A stretch of DNA of 63,242 nt, counting the filler, from Folioceros fuciformis (Eukaryota): assembly GCA_049999805.1 (NCBI GenBank). It is 4 parts of 3 records of this genome, joined end to end, with 100 filler letters (N's around TTAATTAATTAA, not from the genome) between each part and the next. Parts side by side here need not be neighbours in the genome. Positions count along the whole stretch, not along the records: positions 39,466 to 61,801 come from JBNGIO010005969.1; 3 more parts are not named here. The stretch is one strand, 5' to 3'. This document shows positions 50,305 to 61,901 of this stretch, piece by piece; within the stretch, counting starts at the first letter, position 1; each line of letters starts with the position of its first letter. Below the pieces are notes generated by a model. The model was not told the DNA's origin, ran no database searches, and saw nothing but the letters and a program-made list of their open reading frames with translations. Made by a program: the position numbers and the translations under genes.

Positions 50305-52445
50305 AATTTGCTGCCGTCTCAAACATGCCAATATGGAAGCTGCATGCATCCATTGCTTCTTTACCTGTCATCTGCATCCATTGCTTCCTTACCTGTCATC
50401 TGCATCCATTGCTTNNNNNNNNNNTCATCTGCATCCATTGCTTCCTTACCTGTCATCTGCATCCATTGCTTGTATGCATCCATTGCTTCCTTACCTGTCA
50501 TGTCATCTGCATCCATTGCTTGCATGCATCCATTGCTTCCTTACCTGTCATGTCATCTGCATCCATTGCTTGTATGCATCCATTGCTTCCTTACCTGTCA
50601 TCTGCATCCATTGCTTCCTTACTGTCATATGCATCCATTGCTTCCTTACTGTCATCTGCATCCATTGCTTCTTTACCTGTCATCTGCATCCATTGCTTCC
50701 TTACCTATCATCTGCATCCATTGCTTTCTTACCTGGCATCTGCATCCATTATTTCCTTACTTGTCATCTTACCTATCATCTCAAAAGATCACCTTACCTA
50801 TCATCTCAAAAGGTGTATAGCCTATAGAGTTATGTATAGTGTATAGTCTACCTATCATCTCAAAAGGTGTATAGCCTATAGAGTTATGTATAGTGTATAG
50901 TCTACGCAACTATAGATAGTATTGTGTATAGTTTGTGGAGCTATGTACAAAATTGTTATAACAAAACTCTTGCATCCTCAAGATCAAGATGATTACTCTA
51001 ATTTATTTGGTCCATTTATACATAGTGTTGTAAGTATTCCTCTTATATTGTGTTTATCCTTTATGTGACACTATGTATTCCTCTTGGATTTTATTTACCC
51101 TTTCTGTAGATCCATCTGTATTAGGGTGATATCCTGTACTTAAACATAGTTGCATTCTCAAGCTCCTCATAAGCTATTGCCAAAATTCTGCTATGAATCT
51201 AGGATTCTCTATGAATCACAATTTGCATAGGTAATCCATGTAATACATATATATGTTTCTTAAACAATTGAGCAACTTCTGAAGCCTTTACTTGCTTCTT
51301 CGTGGGGATAAAGTGTGCTTGCTTGTTGAACCAATGAACAACTGTCATAATAGCTCTGTATCCATTACTGGGTGGCAATGACATAACAAAATCCATTAAT
51401 ATACTCTTCCGAGGCCCACTTGAAATAGGCAGGGGTTGCAACAAACCTTATGGATTTAAACCTCATGGATTTGTCTACTCTACCTTATCCTGCTGATAGT
51501 CTACACAAGACTTCACATACTCTATAGTATGTTTGTACATTCCAGGCTAGTAAAACAGCTCCTTCAACTTCTCATAAGTTGTGTCAATTCCCCAATGACC
51601 AACACTTGGCACATCGTAACATTCTGCAAGCAATTTTCTTCTCAACCGGAATCACAATCCAGTTTTGCTTGAACATTAACAAGCCATTTCTAAGCTTAAA
51701 CTTAGACCCCGGTTGCTCCATTTCATTGATCCAATCTTGCACTACTGGATCGTGCAGATAAGCTTGCTCCATTTCATTGATCCAATCTTGCACTACTGGA
51801 TCGTGCAGATAAGCTTGCTCCATTTCATGGATCCAATCTTGCACTACTGGATCGTGCAGATAAGCCTCCTTAATCTGCATGTGAGTGTCCCTTGGCTCAA
51901 TCACCATCTGTGTTGCAGCTAGCTTAGGATTCTTCAGCTTAAAAACAAATATTAAACTCAACTCTTGCTTAAGGATGAGAGTATCTATCACGAGATTCTC
52001 CTTCCTTGGCTTATACTTAATCTCTTGATCTACAACTTTCTTATGAAGTAAAGGATATAACTCAGTAAGTATCAAGTCTTTAAACTTGTCTAAAACAACC
52101 TGTATCTCCTTTGGAATCTTTGGTTGCTTTTGAGACTCTATCTCAAAACCATCTTCTAGAATCTTTGGTAGCTTCAGAGACTCCATCTCAAGAGCATCTT
52201 CTAGAATATTTGGTTGCTTTTGAGATTCCAATCTCAAGACCATCTCCTAGTCTTCTAGAATCTTTGGTTGCTTTTGAGATTCTATCTCAAAACCATCTTC
52301 TAGTCCTCGCAGCAACAACACCTTGCAACACCAACACCACCATCTCCTAGTCTTCTAGAATCTTTGGTTGCTTTTGAGATTCTATCTCAAGACCATCTTC
52401 TAGTCCTCGCAGCAACAACACCTTGCAACACCAACACCAACACCA
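50305..52445 (-). mobile_element. Deleted, rearranged copy of the gypsy family at 20441-32860
   Basis: Near-identical peptides LKNPKLAATQMVIEPRDTH and MDFVMSLPPSNGY. RT and RNase H are missing; several internal tandem duplications. Confidence 0.9.
50341..50810. repeat. Minisatellite, ~28-bp unit TGCATCCATTGCTTCCTTACCTGTCATC
   Basis: More than a dozen full or partial units visible, with a 10-N gap inside. Confidence 0.95.
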
Positions 52446-53275
52446 ACAAATAAAGTTCCAAATTTTATTGTTATCACATTTCAAAGCTTCAAACTTCTCA
52501 TATACAATCATTTCAATATGTAGATATATATCAGAAGTAAAAAAACAATTTATTTATAAGTATTGGCATGGCTCCGTACCCACAGAAACCACGACGAGGC
52601 GGCTAACCAGCCAGAATTCAAGAATTTGGACAATTGTTCAAGCTTAGGATACATAGTCTTCACCTGCTCTCAGACGACCTTGCCGGAACCGAAATCACTT
52701 CGGTTGGAGGCCTGAGGCCTATCTGCGTACTACAAGGGGGAGTGGCAAAGGAAAAAAGAGAGCCTGGACCAGACTTGGATAACGCATCAGGAGGCCTGAT
52801 CTGGCCATGCACAAAAAAACCGCAGATCACCACCTAGGCGGCTGCACAAATTCAAGGGTGACAAGCCTCTTCAAAATCTAGCTCTGGGCAATGATTACAC
52901 TTGCTCGTTTGTCACCCAAGGTCTTGCTTGCATCCGCTGCCTTCACACAAACCCATGGCTTCCTCCACAGCCTCTAATGATTGCTGAATGTGCTATCGAA
53001 TTGGAATAGATAAAATACAGTCCTCCCCACACAAGCAATGTGTTCGCTTAGCCCTGGCGTCGTGTTGAGGTATCTGAGGATTGAGACGCGTTCTGAGAAC
53101 CTGTACCCATTTCTCAGGAAAACAGCATTGCAGTCCAGGGGTTAGTGAAAGGCAACCCATGCTGAGGTTTGCTTGATATATGAACCCATGGCCTGCCAAG
53201 AAAGGAAGTATTTGCTCCCTCTGTGGACAGAACAAGCGTCTACTCCAATGCCCGATAGCACTCTCACATCTCATG

Positions 53276-56200
53276 TCAACCAGCTCTGTTCTCCATGTCC
53301 ATTTGTATGATACGCTCCAGATCTTGGACAACCTCTGTTATGTCAGGCCGGTTGCTCACTTGCGAGTTTGTGCATCTCAATGCTAGCTCTACGAATTTGT
53401 GTAGAGCCAGCTTGTTGTACACGTGGGCCAGTGCAGCATCCACAATTTCCTCGGGTTCTCCCCCTTGCCAGCTTTGGTTCACCTGGAATGAGACAACGAA
53501 GCATTCAGCAACAAAATTTCAAGGCCTGCCCTGCCCTGCCCGGCCTCCTGGATGGATGGTTTAGATGTGAGAACCACTCACCCAGTCAACAATGTGCAAC
53601 CACGCGTTGAAGGGAGGGCAGACCGAGAAGGGCGTCCGGCCACACACCAGCTCAAGCTGTAGCACCCCAAAGCTGTAGACGTCACTCTTTGTCGTCCATG
53701 CTTTGGCGACCACAGAACTGCAAGACAAACACGTTCAATAGAGTGGCGTGGCAAAAAGACACATCCACACTGAGGTGCTGAGGAAGGTGGACTTACTCCG
53801 GGTCAACATAGCCCAGAGTGCCTTTTATTTCCAGGGATTTCTCCGCTTCACCTGCCTCAGCCTTCGTTCCACACCTGTAGTTTCCTATCTTTGCTGTGTT
53901 CTTGCGGTTCAGAAGTATGCTGCTACTCTTCAGGTCCAGGAGGAGGTGCCCACGACTATGAAGATGCTGAAGGCCTGTTTGAAGGAACACGAATGCTCGT
54001 TGGAGACCTTAACCTGGTCTTCCGTTCAAATAAGACGCAACAAAGAACTTTCCAGCTTACCAACTGCTGTATCCAAGGCAATGTTGATCCTCTCCTTCCA
54101 GGTGAGAACCAGAGAATGGTCTGTGATAGGGCCTGGAGCACACTCAGCAGAAGAAAAAACGGAGTGAGAAGCACAACGGCAACCGCAGGCACACCCATAT
54201 CCAGCCTGACCATTCCACATACCGTGCAAGCGCTGGTGAAGGTCCCGCCCTTCCATATATTCATAGACCAGCTTGCTGTGCTTCCCGTTCTCCTTTACAA
54301 CAAATCCCAGCAGTGCGACAAGGTGCTTGTGCTGTAGCTTTGCAAGTTCAGAAACCTGAAGATCATTTAGGCTGGATGGTCAGAACTGTAGGTCGCAAAC
54401 TCATCGCTCTCTTGATGCAATCGCCAACGTTACAGCACAACAGAAAGGGGTGGAAGGGGACATGCCTCTTTAATGAACCCGTGCGTCTCTTGAGAAGAAA
54501 AATCTGACAGGACCTTAACTGCCACCTCTTGATTTCCCTTCGGCAGTTTTCCGTGGAAGACACCCTCAGCAATTTGCGTCCGATAGTCATTGGTGGCCTC
54601 TCTAGCCTCTGCTGCACTCATCCGCCGAACCACTGGGCTGACAAGAACTGGACGGGGACAGGGAGTTAGAGTTACCTACTACAGCTCCTGACATGCACTC
54701 TACGCATCATGTCTCAACCATGTGTCTACCCGCGTATATACTAGAATGCAAGATCGATCTTACCTACTCCAGGGTGTGGGTGGTGTTCGATGTCATTTTG
54801 AGGGATTAATCCATCATTGTCAGAGACAGAGGAATCCAAAAGGACATGAGTTTCTTTTGAAGAACTACTCTTCCCATTACTTCGTTGCCAGATAAGCACG
54901 GCAGCTGTAATCAGGACGAGAACTACAACTGCAACCACAGCTCCAACAATAACTCCCACGTTACTACCCCTGCTGGAAGAGGTTGATTTACTGCCCGGAC
55001 CCGGTCCACCACAAAGATTTGGTGAAGGGATTATTAACCCGATGTTGCCATCATATCTGTAATATGAAGACAGTTAACAGGAGCACTAATCCCGACGAAA
55101 ACACTTGCATTCATTGGACGTGTGTGCTCAAGGTGTGGAGTCGAAAGCTTACACGAAATTTGAATCCAGCCTGTCGACGAGACATGGAGGCACTGTCCCA
55201 GTTATGTTATTATTTGCAATGTTCCTGATCAGCAAACTAGTGTGAGCAGGCAACATGATTTCACAAGCTACTATTACGCTACAAAGAGGCTTCAAAGTCA
55301 ACTTCATACCAATTGGTGACACGGAACATTCACACACCACACACAGTCATACATTCGTTTCCCTAGACTTAACACAGAAAGCACATTCTAGTGCAGGACA
55401 ACAATTATCAGCTCCAAAAGAAGGCTTACAGCTGCGCTAGGTCCTGCAATCCATCCAACCAGCTGGGAAAGTCTCCACTCAGCTGATTGTTTGATAAGTC
55501 CCTGCCACAAAAACCCGATGTGTATGTGATGCCACTTCCTCCTACTCATACACTCGCACAAAACCGTCTGAACATAACTAGCTGAAAATGGCGACAGCAA
55601 TTGTCTCATGTGCTACTCACAGATACTCCAGCAAGAAAAGGGAGGTGAAATCTGGTATGAAGCCTGTAAATCCACTGCTGTTAAGCAACCTGCAAGGGAA
55701 AGGAAAGAGTTGAAGTTACCAGGATGGCGTCATGCACATTCACAAACTTTAGAAGCTCTTTACAGCATGTCGACAACCTACAAAATCCTTAAAGAGGTCA
55801 GCTGTTGTATGGCTTCCGGAATCGGCCCGGACAGATTCCTGCCAGACAAATCCCTGCACGAGAGACGGTAATGTCAGTCCTGAACATTTGAGGAGAGATG
55901 AATTCCAGCTAGAAGTGGGTTCAGGAACACATGCACAAGCAAACCCAATCAATGGAGCACTACCAAAGGCCTTACAAAGACACCACTGTAGGTGGAACGA
56001 CACTGACGTTGCATCCAAGCTCTCTCCATGCAACAGGTAGGCAGGGATCCCCAGCCCACTCTGACATATTCAATTCGTTCTTCACCTGATTCAAGGCTGA
56101 CACTGCGAAGAAAAAATATTTCTAAGAGAACCAAGTGTCCACAGATGAAATCAGCAGACGTCTGCAGCATGTACTTACCTAGCCCCGTGTCTGTTGCCTC

Positions 56201-57659
56201 TCTGGCTGGGATGATGGAGTATACTTCCAGAGCATTCAGCAAGGGTTGGAGAGTGGAATTACTCTCCAGGTTATACTTAATCAAGTTCTCAGTAACCTTG
56301 AAATTGAGCGCCTTATACACAAGCGTCCCACTGCTGTGTTTGCTTGTGGTGCTATTTTCTATGTATGTTAGATTTACAGACTTACTGGAAGTACCATCAA
56401 CTTGAACAGTAATACTGCGAAATTCACTGCTATTCAAGTTGGTTAACTCTGCAAAAAGCAGGGTAGAGTAGACCGGAGTTTCCGACACTGGAAGGGAGAA
56501 GCGAATAGTAGTTGCAGAAATGGCCCCTTCCAACACACTTGCCGGTATTCGGTTAATACCTTGGGCTTTCATGCTACCGTATGTTAGATTAATGGCAGCG
56601 GCAAGGGAGGTGGCGTTCTGTAGCTCAGGAAACGCAGCTTCTCCAACTTCCCAAATGCGATCCCACGGATCTTCCTTGTACCTGGCTCCAGCAAAGCACA
56701 ATGAGTTAGATGCTACCATTAGTGCCAAGAGCAGTGATAAGAGGAACAGATGCAAACGGTCAGATCGAGAAAGACAGCAACTGAAGACCTAGAGAGGTGC
56801 TAGGCATGTGAGACAAAAAGCACCTCAATGGACAAAACAACGTGCTGAAGTCACACGGAAGGACATTGGACTTCATACTCAGAGAGCTGACCATCAACTT
56901 TAGTACCACTTACCGGACTGTGTTGTTCCCAAAGTTCACTCTCTTGAGAATGTGGAGGTGGTTTCCGGCTGAAAGGGGATACGAATCATTAGCCAAAGTC
57001 CGGAGCTCTAGTGCGCTGATGAAGGGAAGGCCTGATGTCTGCCTGATTAAACAGACACTGACCTCCGGCGCATTAGGAGTAAAAATGTTTTCAAAGTACA
57101 GAGGCGTATCAGGGTCAGTAATGTTGACTGTGGTCCACAAGGTTGCATCTAAGGACAAGTCAAATACAGGAAGAGAATCGGCGTTATCATAGTTTCCATA
57201 TAGAAAAGTGGCTCTGACAAGAGACCGATTGCCAGGAGTGACTGGAAGAGTGCAGCAACTCTTGCTTTGATCGCCTTTGAAATATCGCAGTGTCTTCAGC
57301 TGCGTTACATTAGTGTCACGCACCTGTCCCACATCACCTCCCGTGCAAAATACATCACTTTGCCACACAATTTTCGTGGTCTCATCGGTAAAGTTTGTCG
57401 AATTTTGTCTGCCACAATCGATGCTCAGGAAGCCTGCAAAAATCACCACCCGAGTGGGCAATCAGCACCTGACAGTAAGGTGCAAGCCCGAGGGTCCAGC
57501 AACAGGCAATCTATCTTGATGTCTGGCCCAGGCAGGCTGGCAGTCTTGCAAATCCACAGCACCGAGCGGGCAAAAGAAACCTTGTTGCGCTGCCGTCTGC
57601 AGAAAAGCGGATTGCAGACCGAGCAGAACCACAAATAATATCACCCTACTCCGCCACAT
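53276..57659 (-). CDS. Malectin-like/LRR receptor-like kinase (LRR-I type) with degenerate kinase domain
   Basis: Signal peptide MWRSRVILFVVLL, GFLSIDCG, LVRATFLYGNYD, PFISALELR, DPWDRIW, LLNALEVY, short LRR exons, TM GVIVGAVVAVVVLVLITAAVLIW, then VAVK, GTLGYVDPE and KSDVYSFGV. The 3' end may extend to ~52660. Confidence 0.88.
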
Positions 57660-59749
57660 CTTAGAATCTGCCAGCTGCCAGGTCAGACCTTCCACCAGGC
57701 CGGTCTCACCGCAGGAACGCATCGCAATCCTTTCATCAGCCTACTACCCCTCCAGCACACATCCAATGACCAATCTGAGGCCAGATGGAGGCGTACTGAA
57801 AAGCGTCAAAACCATCGCCCACAAATACGAGAGATCCTTCATGAAGGAATCGCGGCGTGAAACATCTCCGACTGCTCGAGCTACCAGCATCCAGGGGGTG
57901 GGAAGTTCTCTGCAAGATAGGAACACACTGATGTCTACCCAGCTGCACCTTCAGAGGTGACACTCTGGAATCCCGACACCAGACAGACTCGCGAATCCCG
58001 AAAACGCTCAGCCAGGAGACATTGAATCTGATGCAAACCCGAGCTCTCGTTCCCTTCGAGCGCCTGCTATGATGCAATCCGTCTCCGCGCCGGAATGAGC
58101 AAGGGGATGGGGATAAAGTGTAGAAAGTGGTTAGGCTGTCATTACTCGGCATGTGAAGCCGGCACAGGTGGGAACCTCTACAGGTCACGAGGAAGCACAC
58201 GCCTGAGGATAGATAAGGGACGCTGGAGCCGGGTCAGAGCAGGCGGTGGTCGGGTGTGCTCGCTGCAGATCTGTAGAGTGTCAGGCAGGCTGGCGACTCT
58301 TTCAACACCGACCGCGTCCAGTCAACATTTCAGCAAGCAAATGCTGGCTCACGCGGCAAAGCGGATTGTCGTGTAAAAAGCCTTCGACCGACCTTTCGTG
58401 CCGAGACACTAACAAAACACTTGTTTCCCCGGCCAGCAAAAGCGATCACAGCGGCGCAGTGACGTCTGACACAGGTTTTCATGGTGTAGCCTGAGCCTGG
58501 GAGGGGCAATCGGCGGAGCAGGAAGCTGGGAGGAAGGTTGACAACTTGTCACCCGTGACCGCATACTTGTGGATGGTCCCATCTTTTCAGCTCTGGCCCA
58601 CTGGCCAGAGCTCTTGTACCATCACTGTGTGCAAATAGCGGATGCCAGGGCCCGCCGTCATATCCCCACTGTGCCAGGAACCACACGAAGAGGACACGGC
58701 TCATGACCCGACCCATAGCGGTCCTCGGACATGGTCCGGTTCACAGGATGGTGATTGCAGAAAGGGTGCTTCCTGGACTAAACAGGAGCAGCCCTCAAGT
58801 ATATACATAAGAATACCTTCTCCTCAACGAGCTCGTGGGCTGTCATGTTCTCTCGATGATCAGAAGCTTGCGGTCATTGTACAAACTTAGGGCCGTCCCT
58901 TCCTCATTCCTGGGACGCTAGGATTAAGCTCCGACCTGCTGGAAAGATTCTCCAACCAAATGTTGACGAAAGTTGAGAAGGCGACAGTCCGCTGGATGTG
59001 GGACGTGATGCCCCGCTCGATGGCAGTCACTGTGAATCTTGTTCAGGCTCACGACACATTTCTCTGGTACGCTAGGTTTAGCCGCAAGCGCACGCCACGA
59101 CCGTACTCATCACAACGATGTGCTTCTTCCTCAGGGCTCGATTTGGCTTTCCAGCTTCTTCATACACCTTGGCTTGAGCTCGGGCCTCAAGATGCAAAAC
59201 CTGCAAGATGTCGACAAGCAGATTTACTAAGGCGTCGTGAACTCCATCCCGGATCGCTCAGAAAGTGAGAGCCACTAATCTGACAGGCCTGCAAACCATA
59301 TCCCCGGACGTTCCGTGAACCGTGCCACTGGCTTCCTTACATCAATGCCCACTCTGTTGACAAATAGATGGACTCCAAACAAAGCCAAAGCCAAAGCACA
59401 GCCAAAGGCATATTTATGTAGTTTGCTAACTCCTAAGACTTGAGAGATGATTCAAAATAAAGTCTTCCCTAACGCAACACCAAAAATTACTTAAGCTCAT
59501 GATTAGAGTACCGGTGTCTTTTTACATGAGTTAAATATTCTTTCTAGCAAATCATAATAACAAATGTACAGCCAAGGATGGAAGCACAAGCTTTGGAATG
59601 CACTCTTGAAGGGACATCCCTTGTTGGTTCTTTGGATAGGTATTCTCTCGAATGCACTCTTGAAGGGGCATCTCTTGTTGCTTCTCTTGAAAGTGTATTA
59701 ATATATTTTTAGTCTTTTATGGAAAAGTAGCTGGTGAAAAACAGGAGGA

Positions 59750-60800
59750 GGTACTAAATGACGACAGCTGTTGCAGCCTGACGCGGAGTCCCTTGCGAGG
59801 GATCCCGACCTCTGGAAGCCTTGCAGGCTGTCTGATCGAGGCCCGTCCCCTGGAGGAGGCCTCGCAGGCCCGGGAGCCCTGCAGTGAGAAGGGAGGCCTC
59901 GAGGGCTGGTCGAGCTCGAGAGGCCTGCGGGTTCGGTAGGACTCATACGAGGCCGCCTCGTCGCCAAGAGGCTCGGCCCTAGCGGCATCATGGCTGTGAG
60001 CCCTCCCATGGCGGACGCCAGGCCGACTGCGAGGTTTTGCACGAGATCTCCTGCGAGGGAGGGCCTGCGAGGAGCGAGCTTTCTTGCGGACTCACCTCGA
60101 GGAGGCGGGCCTCCTCGCAGGCTTGTGGCGAGCCGTTCTCAAGCTCACGGCGAGCTGCCTTGCACGGAGGCTGCCCTCGTCCGCCTCCTTATAGGCCTCC
60201 TCACACGAGGCGAGCTTCTTGTGAGGAGGGCTCAGGCAGATGGTGGCCTCCTCACAGGCCGCCTCAAGCTGTGAGCAGGCGGCCTTCTTTGGCCTTGGTC
60301 CCGGCCTTGGCCTGGTGCAATGCCCCGCCTCCAGCGTGCAAGCTGCACACACGCCTCAGGGGTGCCGAAGTGGATTGTGAGGGATTCTTCAAATTCGAGC
60401 TCTCATTGGATCTTTCCTGCTTTTGCTTTGGCCGCATCCAGACATTGGTGAGGTCATCAGAAAACCATGTGTATCCAGCTTTTAGCGATTGACCCGTGCT
60501 CGCCCTTACTCCTAGGGCCACACTTCGAAGGGAAGGGTGGTGCGAGCATGGGTGTCTCCTCAGATGTCGCACCTTGTCCCAAGGGAAGGGTGGTGCGAGC
60601 ATGGGTGTCTCCTCAGATGTCGCACCTTGTCCCCCCTGGCTGATCTGCCTCTAGGTGCAGGGGCCTCATGACTAGCTTCAAAGCGCAGAGGATCCATGCG
60701 GAGGATATTCCACACCTCCAAACCGAAGAGGATCCATCCGGAGGATACTCCGCACCTCCAACTCAAAGAGGAGCCAACCGGAGTATCCTCGTGTCTCAGT
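59750..60800 (-). mobile_element. GC-rich degenerate TE-like remnant containing a 53-bp tandem duplication (60528-60633)
   Basis: Broken low-complexity ORFs; duplicated AAGGGAAGGGTGGTGCGAGC...CACCTTGTCCC. Family not identified. Confidence 0.35.
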
Positions 60801-61102
60801 AGCGAGACGTGAAAACGAAGTGCAGCATCTTGACGTCCGAGCCGAAGTCAATTTTGAAGACTAAAATAAACAATACTGTAACCAGGTCAAGAGCTCAAAC
60901 TATCCAACAGCTGCACAAAATCTCAAATCTATATGAGATTATTGCGACTACATCTCGAGCTCCGCGCCATTGCAGCAATCCCAGCACATGAGGTAGTGGA
61001 TCCGCAGCGGTTACCAGTCTTTCCAACGAATCCCGCATTCTGCAAGTGTGTCAACGTGACAACCATTGTCAATAAGCTGGGCGATTCCATCCAACCGGAA
61101 TA

Positions 61103-61801
61103 CAGTCCACCCTCCCTAAATGTTACCTGTTGGGAGTAGGGCATTGGGTAACATTTAAGAGGTCTAACATATAGAGAATTTAAGTATTTATAAAAAAAAT
61201 TAAATTTATTGAAATTATTTTTAATATATTATATATCATTATATATTGTTATATATATTGTTATATATTATATTATTATATATAATAAAAATATTGTATG
61301 TTTAATAATAATATAAATTTAGAATAAATAAAATAAAAAATGAACTTCAAAATGGCTTAAAAAAACGGGTTATTTCTACTTGTTTCAAAGAGGACCTAAC
61401 TTGCTTTAAAACTTCTTTCTCGATTTGTTGCCTTTCTTCATAATATTCTTCAAAAGAATTTTCAACGTCGACAACTTCATTTTCGGGTGGAGGTTGAACA
61501 GAAGCCCATATATCATCTGCATCCGAAGTAGAAAAGATAGCATATGCATTTGTCACCTCATAATCAACAAATTCTTCTGTAGACATAGTAGGGGCCAATC
61601 CTGTTGTGCCAAGTCCTAAATCCCTCAGCTGACAAAGAAGCATTTCTATTTCTGCGTAATCTCTATTGAACAAATCTTCACGTGTTACTTGGTTGTCGTC
61701 TCGTTGTTGCTCATCATCACTATTAGCATTCCATGTCTCAAAACTAAGTTGATTCAAGTCTATATCCGACACGCTAGCACTTGCTCTCTCCTGCCATAAC
61801 C
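61103..61801 (-). mobile_element. 3' end of a pogo/Tigger-type DNA transposon with transposase C-terminus (61347-61801)
   Basis: TA|CAGT terminus shared with the MITE at 9137. Acidic tail MSTEEFVDYE...KQVEITRFF is typical of pogo transposases. Cut by the linker. Confidence 0.8.
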
Positions 61802-61901
61802 NNNNNNNNNNNNNNNNNNNNNNNNNNNNNNNNNNNNNNNNNNNNTTAATTAATTAANNNNNNNNNNNNNNNNNNNNNNNNNNNNNNNNNNNNNNNNNNN
61901 N
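61802..61901. other. Artificial contig linker N44-TTAATTAATTAA-N44
   Basis: Same structure as at 20341. Confidence 0.95.

Noticed and set aside
50341-50810. CRISPR-like array or Cys/His-rich repeat proteins
   Set aside because: No unique spacers and no cas genes. The units are head-to-tail and TE-derived; the ORFs are artefacts of a stop-free repeat.
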